A stretch of DNA of 64,000 nt from Spirochaetia bacterium (GCA_965208575.1 CBDBOV010000003.1:224001-288000), one strand, 5' to 3'; counted from the first letter of the stretch, positions 49,579 to 59,788 are shown. Notes: generated by a model from the letters alone, not told the origin. Numbers and translations: made by a program.

Positions 49579-50535
49579 TTAGCTGTAGCGGACCCTGGGG
49601 TCCAAGTACGGATAAATCAGGTCGATCATCAGATTGGCCCCCAAAACCGCGGTGGCGAAAACCAGGTTTACTCCGGAGACCACCGGGTAGTCTCTTTGAG
49701 TGAGTGCCTTCACCATGAGACGACCTAACCCCGGCAGGTTGAATATGTTCTCCATGATAACGGAGCCGCCTACCAGGATAGGCAACTGCAGGCCGATCAG
49801 GGTAACTATCGGGATGAGGGCATTCTTGATGGCGTGTCTCAGAACGACGACCCTCTCATTGAGACCCTTGGACCAAGCCGTCCTGATATAGTCTTGCCTG
49901 AGCACCTCCAGCATCATGGTGCGCGTCATCCGCATGGTGGCTGCCGACAGGGCCGTCCCCAGAATCACAGCAGGAATGATGAACATCCCGAGATTCCCCA
50001 GCGGGTCTTCGGTGAAGCGAATCAGCTCTACCGATGGCGACCAGCCCCACCAGATTGCCGGGTAGAGAATGACCATGGTTGCCAGCCAGAAGTTGGGCGT
50101 TGCCAGGCCGATGATGGCGATGGTGCGCCCCACGTAGTCGGCGGCCGTATCCTGGCGAATCGCCGAGTAGATGCCGACCGGTAGGGCTATCAACAGCCCT
50201 ATTACGATTGACAGAACACCCAGCTCGATGGTTACTGGCAATCTACCGAGAATCTTCTCTTCTACCGCCGCAACGCCCCACAGTGATCGGCCCAGGGTGC
50301 CGTGCAGGAAAATATCCCCCATCCAGCGTCCATACTGTACGTGGACAGGCACGTCCAACCCCAGCATACGCCGAAGAGCTTCCTCGTCCACTACTTTCCC
50401 TTGCCCAAAGCTCGCATCCGCAAAAAAGTCTACTACATCGCCGGGGATGAAGCGGACAGAGAGAAAGACCAGGATGGTCAGTATGAACAGGGTGGGGATT
50501 GTCAGCAACAACCGCCTGATGGTATAGGCTCTCAT
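49579..50535 (-). CDS. DppB-like permease D
   Basis: Full-length paralogue. Confidence 0.92.
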   Translation of the reverse strand: MRAYTIRRLLLTIPTLFILTILVFLSVRFIPGDVVDFFADASFGQGKVVDEEALRRMLGLDVPVHVQYGRWMGDIFLHGTLGRSLWGVAAVEEKILGRLPVTIELGVLSIVIGLLIALPVGIYSAIRQDTAADYVGRTIAIIGLATPNFWLATMVILYPAIWWGWSPSVELIRFTEDPLGNLGMFIIPAVILGTALSAATMRMTRTMMLEVLRQDYIRTAWSKGLNERVVVLRHAIKNALIPIVTLIGLQLPILVGGSVIMENIFNLPGLGRLMVKALTQRDYPVVSGVNLVFATAVLGANLMIDLIYPYLDPRVRYS

Positions 50536-51444
50536 GTCACAGCTTGTTGAGCGTCCGCAGCAAAACCCGGCGCACGGGCATCAAAAAACAACGTCTACTC
50601 CCCTTTCTCGGAGCTTGGAGATATGGACTTCCTTCGATGTCTCGCTCAAGGGGTTGCCGGACAAACTGACAGTGTCCCCCTCAGAGAGCCCGCGGTTCTC
50701 GACCAGTGGTGAGATGTCGACTATCTGGTTGAACATGAGGTCGAGCTGAGTGAGATTAGTCAGGGAAGCTAGCGGCGAGAGGTCACTTATCTGATTCTGC
50801 TCAAGGCTGAGCGAGGTGATGCTGGTGAGGGAAGCTAGCGGTGAGACGTCGCTTATCTGGTTCTGCTCGAGACTAAGCGCGGTTAAGTTGGTCAGCGGAG
50901 CCAGTACGGAAGCCAGTAGTGAGAGGTCGCTTAGCTCGTTCCCCGTAAGGTCGAGCTGGGTGAGATTAGTCAGGGAAGCTAGCGGTGTAATGTCGCTTAT
51001 CTGGTTCAATGCAAGGTCGAGCTCAGTGAGGTTAGTCAGAGAAGCCAGTGGTGATATGTCGCTTATCCGGTTCTTCCTAAGGCCGAGATTGGTGAGATTA
51101 GTCAGGGTAGCTAGTGGCGAGATGTCGCTTATCCGGTTGTCGTAAAGGCTGAGCGAGGTGAAGTTGGCGAGCGAAGCCAGTGGTGAGAGGTCGCTTATCT
51201 GTCCATAGTGGAAAACCAGCTCGGTAAGGTTGGTCAAATACTCCAATCCGGCGAGGTCGGTGATCTTGACTCTCGCATATCCCCTGCCTGATTCACGAAG
51301 CGAGGTGATGGTTTCCAGCTCCGAAACATGGATCGGACCTTGATGCTTCTGGATAGCTGCTCTTATGACTCTCTCAAGAGCTATCCCACCGGCCCCTGGG
51401 CCGGCGCAGTCATGAAAGAAACAAGGGTGAGCTATAGTGTGGGC

Positions 51445-51640
51445 AGAGTTCTGGGTGGAGCGCGAAAGTAGGCCGGCGCGTCACTGGCGTTACGTTCTGC
51501 GAACCCGTTCAAGAGCTTGGCCCCGGGGCGGGTGGCGTAGTCATTGGTGAGGTTGTCAGCCGGCGCGGCCGGGTGGCGATCATCCCGTTCAGGAGAATAC
51601 CTGCTACACACGCCTTGGCCGCACCACTCAGTCGTAGCGG
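51445..51640 (+). ncRNA. Candidate IS110 bridge RNA
   Basis: TATAGT upstream; TCAAGAGC (51509-51516) matches target flank, TCAGGAG (51589-51595) matches donor end. Confidence 0.65.
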
Positions 51641-51647
51641 AGGTTTC

Positions 51648-53036
51648 ATGGCACGACGCAGACACAGACGCAAGGGCAAGGGCAGTCGCACAGCGCAACC
51701 AAAGGTGATGCACCCGGACGCTGCCGGCTTGGACATAGGCGCTACCGAGGTGTACGCGGCTGTGCGCCCGGAGCGCGACCCGGACCCGATCCGGAACTTT
51801 GCTACGTTCACCGCGGACCTGCACGCCTTGGCCGACTGGCTCAAGGAATGCGAGGTCACCACGGTGGCGATGGAGTCCACCGGTGTGTACTGGATTCCGG
51901 TGTATCAGATCCTGGAGGCACACGGCTTCGACGTGGTGCTGGTGAATGCGCGTCACGTGCACTCGGTACCCGGTCGGAAGTCCGACGTGGCCGACTGCGA
52001 GTGGTTGCGCTACCTGCACTCGGTGGGATTGCTGCGCGGCTCATTCCGCCCTGCCGACGAGGTGTGTGCACTGCGCTCGGTGCTGCGCCATCGCGACACC
52101 TTGATCAAGATGGCGTCGCGCAGCGTGTTGCACATGCAGAAGGCGTACAGCCAGATGAACGTGCATCTGCACCATGCCATCTCTGACCTGACGGGGACGA
52201 CCGGTCTGGCCATTACGGACGCTATCCTGGCGGGTGAGCGGGATCCGGCGCGGTTGGCCGCTCTGGCCGACCGGCGGATCAAAGCCAGCCGCGAGACCTT
52301 GATCAAGGCGCTGCAGGGCGACTGGCGCGCCGAGCACCTGTTGGCGTTGCGGCACGCGCGAGCGACCTATGCCCACTACCAACAACTCATCACGGAGTGC
52401 GATCAGGAAATCGAAGCCGGCATCCGCGCGTTCGAAGCCAGCAGCGAGCCACCCGGCGCGGTGGGCGACGACCCACCGGATGAGGGAATCGATGCGGAGC
52501 CCGAGGCGCCAACCGAGTCACCGGCCAAGCGGTTCGACCTGCGCGGCCACCTTACGCACCTGTTCGGCACTGACCTGACGCTGATTCCCGGCATCGGCGA
52601 AAGTACGGCGCTGGTTCTGTTCACCGAACTCGGCCCGGAACTGTCCCGCTTTCCGACCGCACCGCAATTCGCCTCCTGGCTGCACCTGTGCCCCCACAAC
52701 CAGATCACCGGCGGCAAGATCATCAGCTCGCACACCGGTCGGGGCACCAATCGGGCCGCCCAGGCGCTGCACTGGGCGACCCAGTCGTTGTACCGCAGCC
52801 CATCGGCCCTGGGCCAGCACTTCCGCCGCATGCGGGCGCGTCTGGGTACTCCCGAAGCGACCACTGCAGTCGCGCATAAACTGGCTCGGATCATCTACCA
52901 TCTGATCACGCATCGCGTGGCCTACGATGACAGCATCCTCGCCGCCGAGGAGCGCCAGGACCGGCGCCGCTTTGAACGCCGGCTCCGAAGGCAGGCACAC
53001 GCACTCGGTTATGAGCTTGTCCCGGAGGCCGCCTGA
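51648..53036 (+). CDS. IS110-family DEDD recombinase
   Basis: GLDIG, MESTGVYW, RKSDVAD, IPGIG, TAVAHKL; GGAGG RBS. Confidence 0.93.
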   Translation: MARRRHRRKGKGSRTAQPKVMHPDAAGLDIGATEVYAAVRPERDPDPIRNFATFTADLHALADWLKECEVTTVAMESTGVYWIPVYQILEAHGFDVVLVNARHVHSVPGRKSDVADCEWLRYLHSVGLLRGSFRPADEVCALRSVLRHRDTLIKMASRSVLHMQKAYSQMNVHLHHAISDLTGTTGLAITDAILAGERDPARLAALADRRIKASRETLIKALQGDWRAEHLLALRHARATYAHYQQLITECDQEIEAGIRAFEASSEPPGAVGDDPPDEGIDAEPEAPTESPAKRFDLRGHLTHLFGTDLTLIPGIGESTALVLFTELGPELSRFPTAPQFASWLHLCPHNQITGGKIISSHTGRGTNRAAQALHWATQSLYRSPSALGQHFRRMRARLGTPEATTAVAHKLARIIYHLITHRVAYDDSILAAEERQDRRRFERRLRRQAHALGYELVPEAA

Positions 53037-53084
53037 TTGTTGTTTCTCAGGAGCCTCGTCGGGGATGGTGACCCCTTCGCCCAC

Positions 53085-53195
53085 TTCTTCTGTAGCACTA
53101 ACAGGTTCTTCTGTAGCACTAACAGGTTCTTCTGTAGCACTAACAGGTTCTTCTGTAGCACTGACCGGTTCTTCTGCAGTATTTGCAGGTTCTTC
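53085..53195. repeat. 21-bp coding tandem repeat (EEPVSAT), 5 units
   Basis: TTCTTCTGTAGCACTAACAGG three perfect plus two degenerate copies. Confidence 0.92.
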
Positions 53196-53382
53196 CGCGC
53201 CACAGCCGGAAAGAGTGAATATCATTACGAAGACAGCGAACAAAGGCAAGCATTTCCTATCCATCTGCGTCCACCTCCTGTTGCTTACCGCCCAAATTGT
53301 ACGCTGGCGCTCTATCCCGTTGCCCTGAGCAGAGGAACTGGGAAGCGCGCTTGCAAGCGACAGCCTCCCAGCTCCCTTTTCC

Positions 53383-55200
53383 CTAACGACCCATGGCGTT
53401 CTTCAGCTCACTATCGATCCAGATCCGGGCTTGGACGGTATTACGTTCACCCCATCCCATTCCTGCTTCACCGAAGAAACCCTCGACCCACGGCTGGCTC
53501 ACGGAAAACCGAGGGGACTTGGATTTGACCAGGCCCCAGTGCTCCCTCACCGTGATCTCATCGGCCTGTCTCAAAAGACTCTTATACTCCTCCAAGTCGG
53601 TAGTTTCTTGGGAGGCAAGATACAGGGCGTCCATACGCGGGTCCTTCGCTTTGTCGTAGCTCCAGCCAAAGTTTTGGCTAATCCCCTTCATGGGGTTCCA
53701 AAAGGTGACGCTGCTGCCGCCATTGTATCCCCCTTGCACTAGCGCCCACTCGTGCGTGTCCGCGCTATTGTCAGCGTTATGCTCAGCGATAGTCTGCGGA
53801 ACAAGCTCGCCTTCAACGCCAATGGCGTCGAAGTACCCCATGATGAGTTCTGCATAGTCTGTGGTGTACCTCTCAAAGGCCCTTACCTTGAGCTTGAATC
53901 TATAGCCGTCGGCGCCGCGCGGATACCCGGCCTCATCAAGGAGCTCCTCGGCCCTTTCGGGGTTATAGGTATATTCTTGCTTGACCTCCTCGGGCCACTC
54001 TTCATATGGCCAGGCCCACCCTTCTTCAAGATCTTGTCTCATTAACCCGGCAGGAGCTGGATCTCCATAACCCTTAAAGAAGCTGGCGGAATTCGCCTCG
54101 CGGTCCACTGACATCTGCAGTGCCTTGCGCACAATGGGGTTGTCAGTGGGCGGCAACGCCCAGTTAAAAACGAAAGCGCCGGCCGGTGGCCCAAGAAAGG
54201 GCCACACCTCGATTTCAGGGTTGGTCCGCTCGAGGGTCTCCAGATCGTCGACATTGTATATCCAAGAGTCGCCGAAGTTACCCATCACATCAATTTTGCC
54301 CGTGCGGAATGCCGCCAGACGTGCTGACATCTCTGTCATCATCAGGGACCTTAACTCGTCAATATAGGGTAGCCGGTTCTCCGGGAATTTTTCGTCGTAG
54401 CCCCAGTAGTTAGGATTCTTCTCCCAGGTTACAGAGCTGCCGTCCACGTACTCAGTCAGTCTCCAGGGCCCGGTGCCGACCAGGTTCCTCCAGTCTTTGG
54501 CGTCTCCGTATTTCTCGATTACCTCGGGAGCGTACGCAACCCAGTAGGGGTTGAGCAGTTTCCCCGGCACATCGAGGGTAGGCTCCGTCAGCTTCATAAC
54601 TACCGTCCATTTGTCGGTGGCCGTTACCGATTCGAGACCTACACCCCAGGTGGTAGCAAATGTATGGGCGCTAGGTCCGGCTTCGGTGAAGTCGCCCAGA
54701 CCGAAATAGCGGTGATAGTTGTATTCGACGTCATAGGCATCGAACTCCCGACCGTTCACCGGCTCCTTATCGTCCCAGTAAACGCCCTTGCGGATGTTCC
54801 AGATGAACGTTGTGTCGTCGGGCATCGACCAGCTTTCAGCCAGAGCCCCTGTAGTCATCTCTGGGGTCACAGTGACGTAGTCTCTACCGTTCCATATGTC
54901 CCTGGATAGTGCCCAGTTGGCGAAGGCCAGCCTCTCATTAACACCACCGACAAAGTGATGCGCCCAGCCACTGACCCACCAATGGTCAGCATTCTCAGGA
55001 TACGCCGTAGCGGCCCACGTGAGTGTGCCGCCGTACTCCGGCGCGGTCCACGTCATGCCGGTGGCGGGGTCGAACACCGTCTCTTTGTCGGCAGCGGCTG
55101 CCGGCTCCCCTTCGCTGGCCGCGCCGGCCCAGAGGCCGGTTGCGGGCAGAACGAGGACCAACGCAACCGCGAAGATCCTCGTCGTTTGTACAATAAGCAT
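53383..55200 (-). CDS. Family-5 substrate-binding protein D
   Basis: PEYGG, LAESW, GTGP, NRLPYID, AGYPRGADG. Confidence 0.92.
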   Translation of the reverse strand: MLIVQTTRIFAVALVLVLPATGLWAGAASEGEPAAAADKETVFDPATGMTWTAPEYGGTLTWAATAYPENADHWWVSGWAHHFVGGVNERLAFANWALSRDIWNGRDYVTVTPEMTTGALAESWSMPDDTTFIWNIRKGVYWDDKEPVNGREFDAYDVEYNYHRYFGLGDFTEAGPSAHTFATTWGVGLESVTATDKWTVVMKLTEPTLDVPGKLLNPYWVAYAPEVIEKYGDAKDWRNLVGTGPWRLTEYVDGSSVTWEKNPNYWGYDEKFPENRLPYIDELRSLMMTEMSARLAAFRTGKIDVMGNFGDSWIYNVDDLETLERTNPEIEVWPFLGPPAGAFVFNWALPPTDNPIVRKALQMSVDREANSASFFKGYGDPAPAGLMRQDLEEGWAWPYEEWPEEVKQEYTYNPERAEELLDEAGYPRGADGYRFKLKVRAFERYTTDYAELIMGYFDAIGVEGELVPQTIAEHNADNSADTHEWALVQGGYNGGSSVTFWNPMKGISQNFGWSYDKAKDPRMDALYLASQETTDLEEYKSLLRQADEITVREHWGLVKSKSPRFSVSQPWVEGFFGEAGMGWGERNTVQARIWIDSELKNAMGR

Positions 55201-55390
55201 ACGTAACTCCGTATCTTGATTTTTGAGAGTATTGCGGAGCGGATTGCCCTCCCTGGCTACTCTCGGGCCCGCAACGCGGACGGCCAGTCCGAGTCAAGCT
55301 CCTGAGGCGCGCGGCGTGTGACTCACCGGGTTCGCCCGGGCTCACGCCGCGCGCGCGTGCGGTTCTTTGAGTATCATTTGCACCTCCTGG
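55201..55390 (-). ncRNA. Conserved structured leader motif, copy D (uORF 55342-55377 MILKEPHARAA)
   Basis: AGGAGG-led uORF; stems as in A. Confidence 0.7.
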
Positions 55391-56158
55391 TGCGCCGGCA
55401 AAAACCGGCAAGGTTGTTGTAGCGACCCGCGGCGGCGCCGAGTCATGCATCGTCGCTCGCAAGGGTGGGGAGCTGCCGCAGGCGGCGCGGCTATGGTGAA
55501 CCCTACACGGGCACGCAGGCGGAAACGCCGGACACAGCCAAGGGAGCACCTACGGTCACGCCGGCCGGTAGCGCCCGGGCCGCGGAGCGGGTGGAGGGAA
55601 GGGGCCTGGCCAAAGGGAATCCGCGCCAGCAAAACGCGTCCCGGACACCGTGCCGGATGGGCGTGCGCAGTGCGCCGGAGCGGATACGTCAAGCAGCGCG
55701 ATCCCTTATAGCGCCATGGCACAGGCGTGCCCCTTCCTTTTGTATGGGTGCCGGCAACGCCCTCTGGTGTGGACTGGTGGAGGTTGCGGCCGACGGGGTC
55801 GGCCGTTGGACTCACGGATGTGCGGCGGGTGTGCGCCACACCGATTGATGGTGCCGCAGCCAGCACCGGCGCCGCGCACTGGGCTGCTGCGCGGTTGGCC
55901 GGGCGGCTCCTAGTAGCGCTCGGCTGTCGCGCGGTTAGCTGAGCGGCTAACGGTAGTCGGGTAGACTGCTGCCGGGGGGGGGGGCGGGTAAACGCGCCGG
56001 CCGCTTTGGGGCTAACGAGTTGCTGCGCGGGTAGGGGTCGTCGGGCATCATGCGCATCGGTCGCGAATCCATGGCCGTCAATGATAGCCGACGTCGCAAG
56101 CGCCGGCCGTCAGGCACATGTGGTAGCATCCGCATCGGTCAGGCTCCCAAGGTTGGTC

Positions 56159-56187
56159 AGCATAGCCGACGCGGCAACAACCGTCAA
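56159..56187 (-). promoter_or_regulatory. Sigma70-like promoter, module D
   Basis: TTGACG-17nt-TATGCT. Confidence 0.65.
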
Positions 56188-56201
56188 GCGTCCGTGTGTG
56201 T

Positions 56202-56790
56202 TCACGCCGCCGCGCGCAGAAACTCCAGGAGCAACCCGACGACTCGTTCCGGCTGCTCCTGCTGCACCCAGTGGCCGGCCCCGGGTACCGGATGGCAGCC
56301 GAGCAGGCGGCGGCAGCCCGCTTGCTGCATCTGCTCGTACGCACCGGGGCTCTGGTAGACCCCCCAGTCGTGGGCACCGGCGATGAAGCAGGCGGGGACG
56401 TCGATGGTCCGTCCCGCGAACACCTGCAACTCCGCGGCCCCGACCGCGCCGGTGCCGCAGCGATACCACTGCAGTCCGCCCTGGAAGCCGGTCGCCGCGT
56501 AGGCCGCGGCGTAGACCGCCAGCTCGGCGTCCGGCAGCCAGCCGCACGCGCGCACCGCGGCCGCTGAGGGCGCATGCGGGGCGCCCGCCTCGGGCATCGA
56601 GTGGTGCAGGTTCATCACGTAGTAGGTGGGCAGCTTGGCCAGCTCAGCGGCGGACCACCCCGCCAGGCGGTACGGCCGGTTGCCGCTCCAGTCGGCGCTC
56701 TTGTAGTGGTAGTAGGCGCGCAGGAACGGCTGCAGCCCCTGCCGGCAGTGCAGCATTTCGGCGTTGGCCTGCCGGGTCGAGTAGTAGCCA
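56202..56790 (-). pseudogene. Alpha/beta (epoxide) hydrolase C-terminal remnant
   Basis: TGFQGGLQWYR, FIAGAHDW, GAGHWVQQEQP. Confidence 0.75.
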
Positions 56791-56796
56791 CCCGCC

Positions 56797-57218
56797 ACAG
56801 TCCGGCCAGGTCGTGGTGCGCGAACGCCCCGCAGTTCGGCAGCCGGAATCCGAACGTGGACCTGATTCCCAGTTCGATCTCCTCCGCCGTGGCCACCCCC
56901 ATCGCCCACAGACGCAGCGCTTCCCGCCCCATGGCGCCCTGGATCCGGTTCAGCAGGTAACCGGAGATTTCCTTGAGGACCCGAATCGGCACCTTGCCGG
57001 CGCGCTGCATGAGCTGACAGGTGACGTCGAACGTCTCCTGGCTCGTGCCGGGCCCCTTGGCAACCTCCACGCCGGGGACGATATGGGGCGGTGCGAAGTA
57101 GTGGGTGAGGGCGACCTTGTCCCGGCGCTCGACACCTTCCGCGATGTCGCTGAGCACGAATCCGGAGGTGTTGCTGACCACGATGGTGTGCGGCGGACAC
57201 AGGCGGGTTCGGGGGTCA
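56797..57218 (-). pseudogene. 3-hydroxyacyl-CoA dehydrogenase internal fragment
   Basis: SNTSG, HYFAPPHIVPGVEV, GYLLNRIQ. Confidence 0.75.
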
Positions 57219-57374
57219 GGGTCCGTCAGCGTCCGTGACCGGCTGCACCCCATCCGGCTGGAGACCTCGTGAGATCGCGAAGATTCCTTTCCACCATGGT
57301 TCGGCGGTGTGGTGACGGGATGCGGAGGAGGAGCCGTTCGGCGTGCCGGATGCTGAAGCCGACTGACAGGTCCA

Positions 57375-57699
57375 ATTCCGGCAGGGCAGCGAACATCCAA
57401 GTGCCTCCAAGGTGACCGCTCCGAGCAGGATGCTGTCACCCTCCTCACCGAACACGACCGGTGAGGCGCCGTCCCCGCCCTGATAGAAGAAGAGCGCGTT
57501 GCCCCGTCTTCGGGTGATGATCTGGCCATTGGGAATCGTGAACCGTTGCTCGGAGGTGGGCTCGATGCCCAACTCTACCAACAGGGTCGCCGGCACCACC
57601 GAGCAGGTCGCGCCCGAATCGATCAAGAACTCGACCTCCTTCCTTCGCTCGGGGACACCCGCGTGGGCGACCTCGAGGGGTCAGGTGCACCAGTGCCAT
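57375..57699 (-). pseudogene. Clan AA aspartic protease, frameshifted
   Basis: FLIDSGA..., ILLGAVTLEALG; start codon in a different frame. Confidence 0.7.
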
Positions 57700-57780
57700 G
57701 CCCTATCTATCCTTCAGTGAGTGTATAGGCCGTAGCAGGAGAATCAAGGAGCCCGGCGGCTTTCAATCGGCTTGGACGCG

Positions 57781-57845
57781 TTAGACGGCCCTGGCGGCAT
57801 CGGCACCCGGCCGCCCCCCACCGCCCCGCAGCCGCGGGTCGAGCG
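57781..57845 (-). pseudogene. Orphan DppC 3-prime tail
   Basis: CTCGACCCGCGGCTGCGGGGCGG...GCCGATGCCGCCAGG, resembling the 48637 gene end. Confidence 0.75.
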
Positions 57846-58148
57846 CACCGCATCGAAGTATCCATACGCAAAGGCCGACCGCGCCCGCTACCCCTCCGCG
57901 TCGAGCAACCGATCCAGCTGTTCGCTCAGGGATCCGGGCTCAGGCTCGCATCTTGGCGAGCCTGGCCGAAGACGTCTCCCACAGTTCGCTCGCTCGTGCC
58001 TTGCGCCTTCGCGCGGTCGACCTAGCGTCCTGGCACGGTATATTCGCATACGCCTTTCCCGAAGTATACTGTCGAGAATACGGTAGCTGGTCGAGCTGGT
58101 CGAGATCTACTCCCGGGACGTGTTGGGGACTCTCGCCAATAGTGACAC

Positions 58149-58463
58149 ATGACTGTGAATGCCACGATTGACACCATGGTCGAGCGGATTGTGCAGCGAT
58201 TCCAACCGTTGCGCATCATTCTGTTCGGTTCGCATGCCCGGGGATCAGCCGCCACCGACAGCGACGTCGATCTGCTGGTTGTGCTTCGCGAGGCGACCGA
58301 CAAGCGCAGCACTACCGTAGAGATCCGCCGCGCCCTTGGCGATCTGCCTGTGAGCAAGGACATCGTCGTGACCACGCCCGAAGAAATCGCCCGTCGGGGC
58401 GATCTCGTGGGCAGCGTGCTGAGGCCTGCGCTGCGTGAGGGCACGGTCTTGTATGAGCGATAG
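58149..58463 (+). CDS. Minimal nucleotidyltransferase
   Basis: LFGSHARG..DSDVDLLVV, REGTVLYE. Confidence 0.9.
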   Translation: MTVNATIDTMVERIVQRFQPLRIILFGSHARGSAATDSDVDLLVVLREATDKRSTTVEIRRALGDLPVSKDIVVTTPEEIARRGDLVGSVLRPALREGTVLYER

Positions 58464-58866
58464 TGAGCTGCTCAACGATGTTCGCCGATGGTTGCGCTTC
58501 GCTCGCGAGGACCTCGAGGTTGCCGAGGCGCTATCGTCCGAGGCCAGGTTTCCTCCCCGACACGTCTGCTGGTTGGCTCAGCAAGCGGCTGAGAAGGCTC
58601 TCAAAGGAGCGCTCAGCTCACAACAGATACCGTTTCCGTTCAGGCACGACCTGGACGCGCTCCGGAACCTCCTGCCAGAGAACTGGCAGGTAAGGATTCG
58701 GTGCCCTGATCTCGCCGAGCTGACCGAATGGGCGGTAGAGGCCCGCTACCCCGGCGATCATCCCGAAGCGACTTTGGATGATGCGCGACGCGCGGCCGAG
58801 CAGGGTCGGAGCGTCTACGAAAGCGTCACGAGGGATCTGGCAACCCACGGCATTCAGATCGACTAG
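58453..58866 (+). CDS. HEPN-domain protein
   Basis: WLRFAREDL, AQQAAEKALK, HDL, EARYP. Confidence 0.9.
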   Translation: MSDSELLNDVRRWLRFAREDLEVAEALSSEARFPPRHVCWLAQQAAEKALKGALSSQQIPFPFRHDLDALRNLLPENWQVRIRCPDLAELTEWAVEARYPGDHPEATLDDARRAAEQGRSVYESVTRDLATHGIQID

Positions 58867-59307
58867 TACGCGTCCACTGGGCAGGGGGAGGCAAGTGGAG
58901 GCTCTTACCGAGTGTAATCGAGAAGCACTGCGCGCACTGCGCGAGACGAGCTGCGTCGTCTGGTTTCATCCATTTTTCGGGGGCCACGAATTGACAAGCG
59001 CGACCTCACCTCGGCCACGACGTTAGGCCAGGAGAACCCTGAGATTGGCGGTACCACGGCCACCGGTCTAACTTGGTCTAACCTCGTCCAGTTCTGTTCC
59101 CAATATTCTTGGTCCTCTCTAGGAGCCCCTCGACCGCCGGCTCAACAGCCGCCACGAACCCCCGCCGCGCCTTCCAGCTTGCTTGCCCGCATCAGCGGCG
59201 ATCGCGAGCTTATGATGGAGGGGAACCTCGCGAACCCGTGGGATCGCCAGAACCTGGCGCACCCACGCACCGGAGGTTGGTTCCCGCTCAAGCGGAGTCG
59301 TCCCTTA

Positions 59308-59406
59308 CGTACGACTTCGAGGTGTTGCTGGTCAACGCCAAGCGCATCAAGACGGTGCCGGGGCGCAAGACCGACGTGAAGGACTGCCAGTCGATCGCTC
59401 AGCTAT
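59308..59406 (+). pseudogene. IS110 transposase micro-fragment
   Basis: FEVLLVNAKRIKTVPGRKTDVKDC. Confidence 0.7.
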
Positions 59407-59418
59407 TTCCACGCCATC

Positions 59419-59788
59419 GTGTTGGAAGGCGGTTTCGATGATCAGGGTACCTTCGTCTACATACCGCTTGGCCACCTGCAGGCCATGACCGAGCTGCTGC
59501 GTCGCCGTGTAGTCGCGTTGCTGGTGGATCAGAAGCTACTCGACCGCCGCTTCGCGCGTAACATGCTCTCCTGGCGGCACTCCGGCTTCAGCGTTGACAA
59601 TTCAGTTCGCATCCTCGATCGAGGTGTGCAGCGATCTCTGGCGGAATACATCTCGCGCCCCGCGATCTCCGCGCAAGGACGCTCCCGACGCGCGTGAACG
59701 TCGCCATGCGTGGGCCCGCCTACTCGCCCGGGTGTACGAAGTCGACGCACTCGTCTGCCCCCGCTGCGATCCGACCACCCTCGACTGA
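59419..59788 (+). pseudogene. IS91-like (Y2) transposase remnant
   Basis: LSWRHSGFSVD, YISRP, WARLLARVYEVDALVCPRC. Confidence 0.65.

Larger units (their letters stand above)
51382..53054 (+). mobile_element. IS110-family element
   Basis: No terminal IRs; GAGC at both junctions (51378-51381, 53051-53054); long left non-coding end. Confidence 0.9.
50581..53264 (-). pseudogene. Internalin-like leucine-rich-repeat lipoprotein split by IS110
   Basis: 5-prime part 53055-53264 has lipobox LSGC and EEPVSAT repeats; 3-prime part 50581-51381 has 22-aa LTNLTxLxLxxNQISDISPLAS repeats; rejoining gives in-frame VTIPDEALERVIR. Confidence 0.88.
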
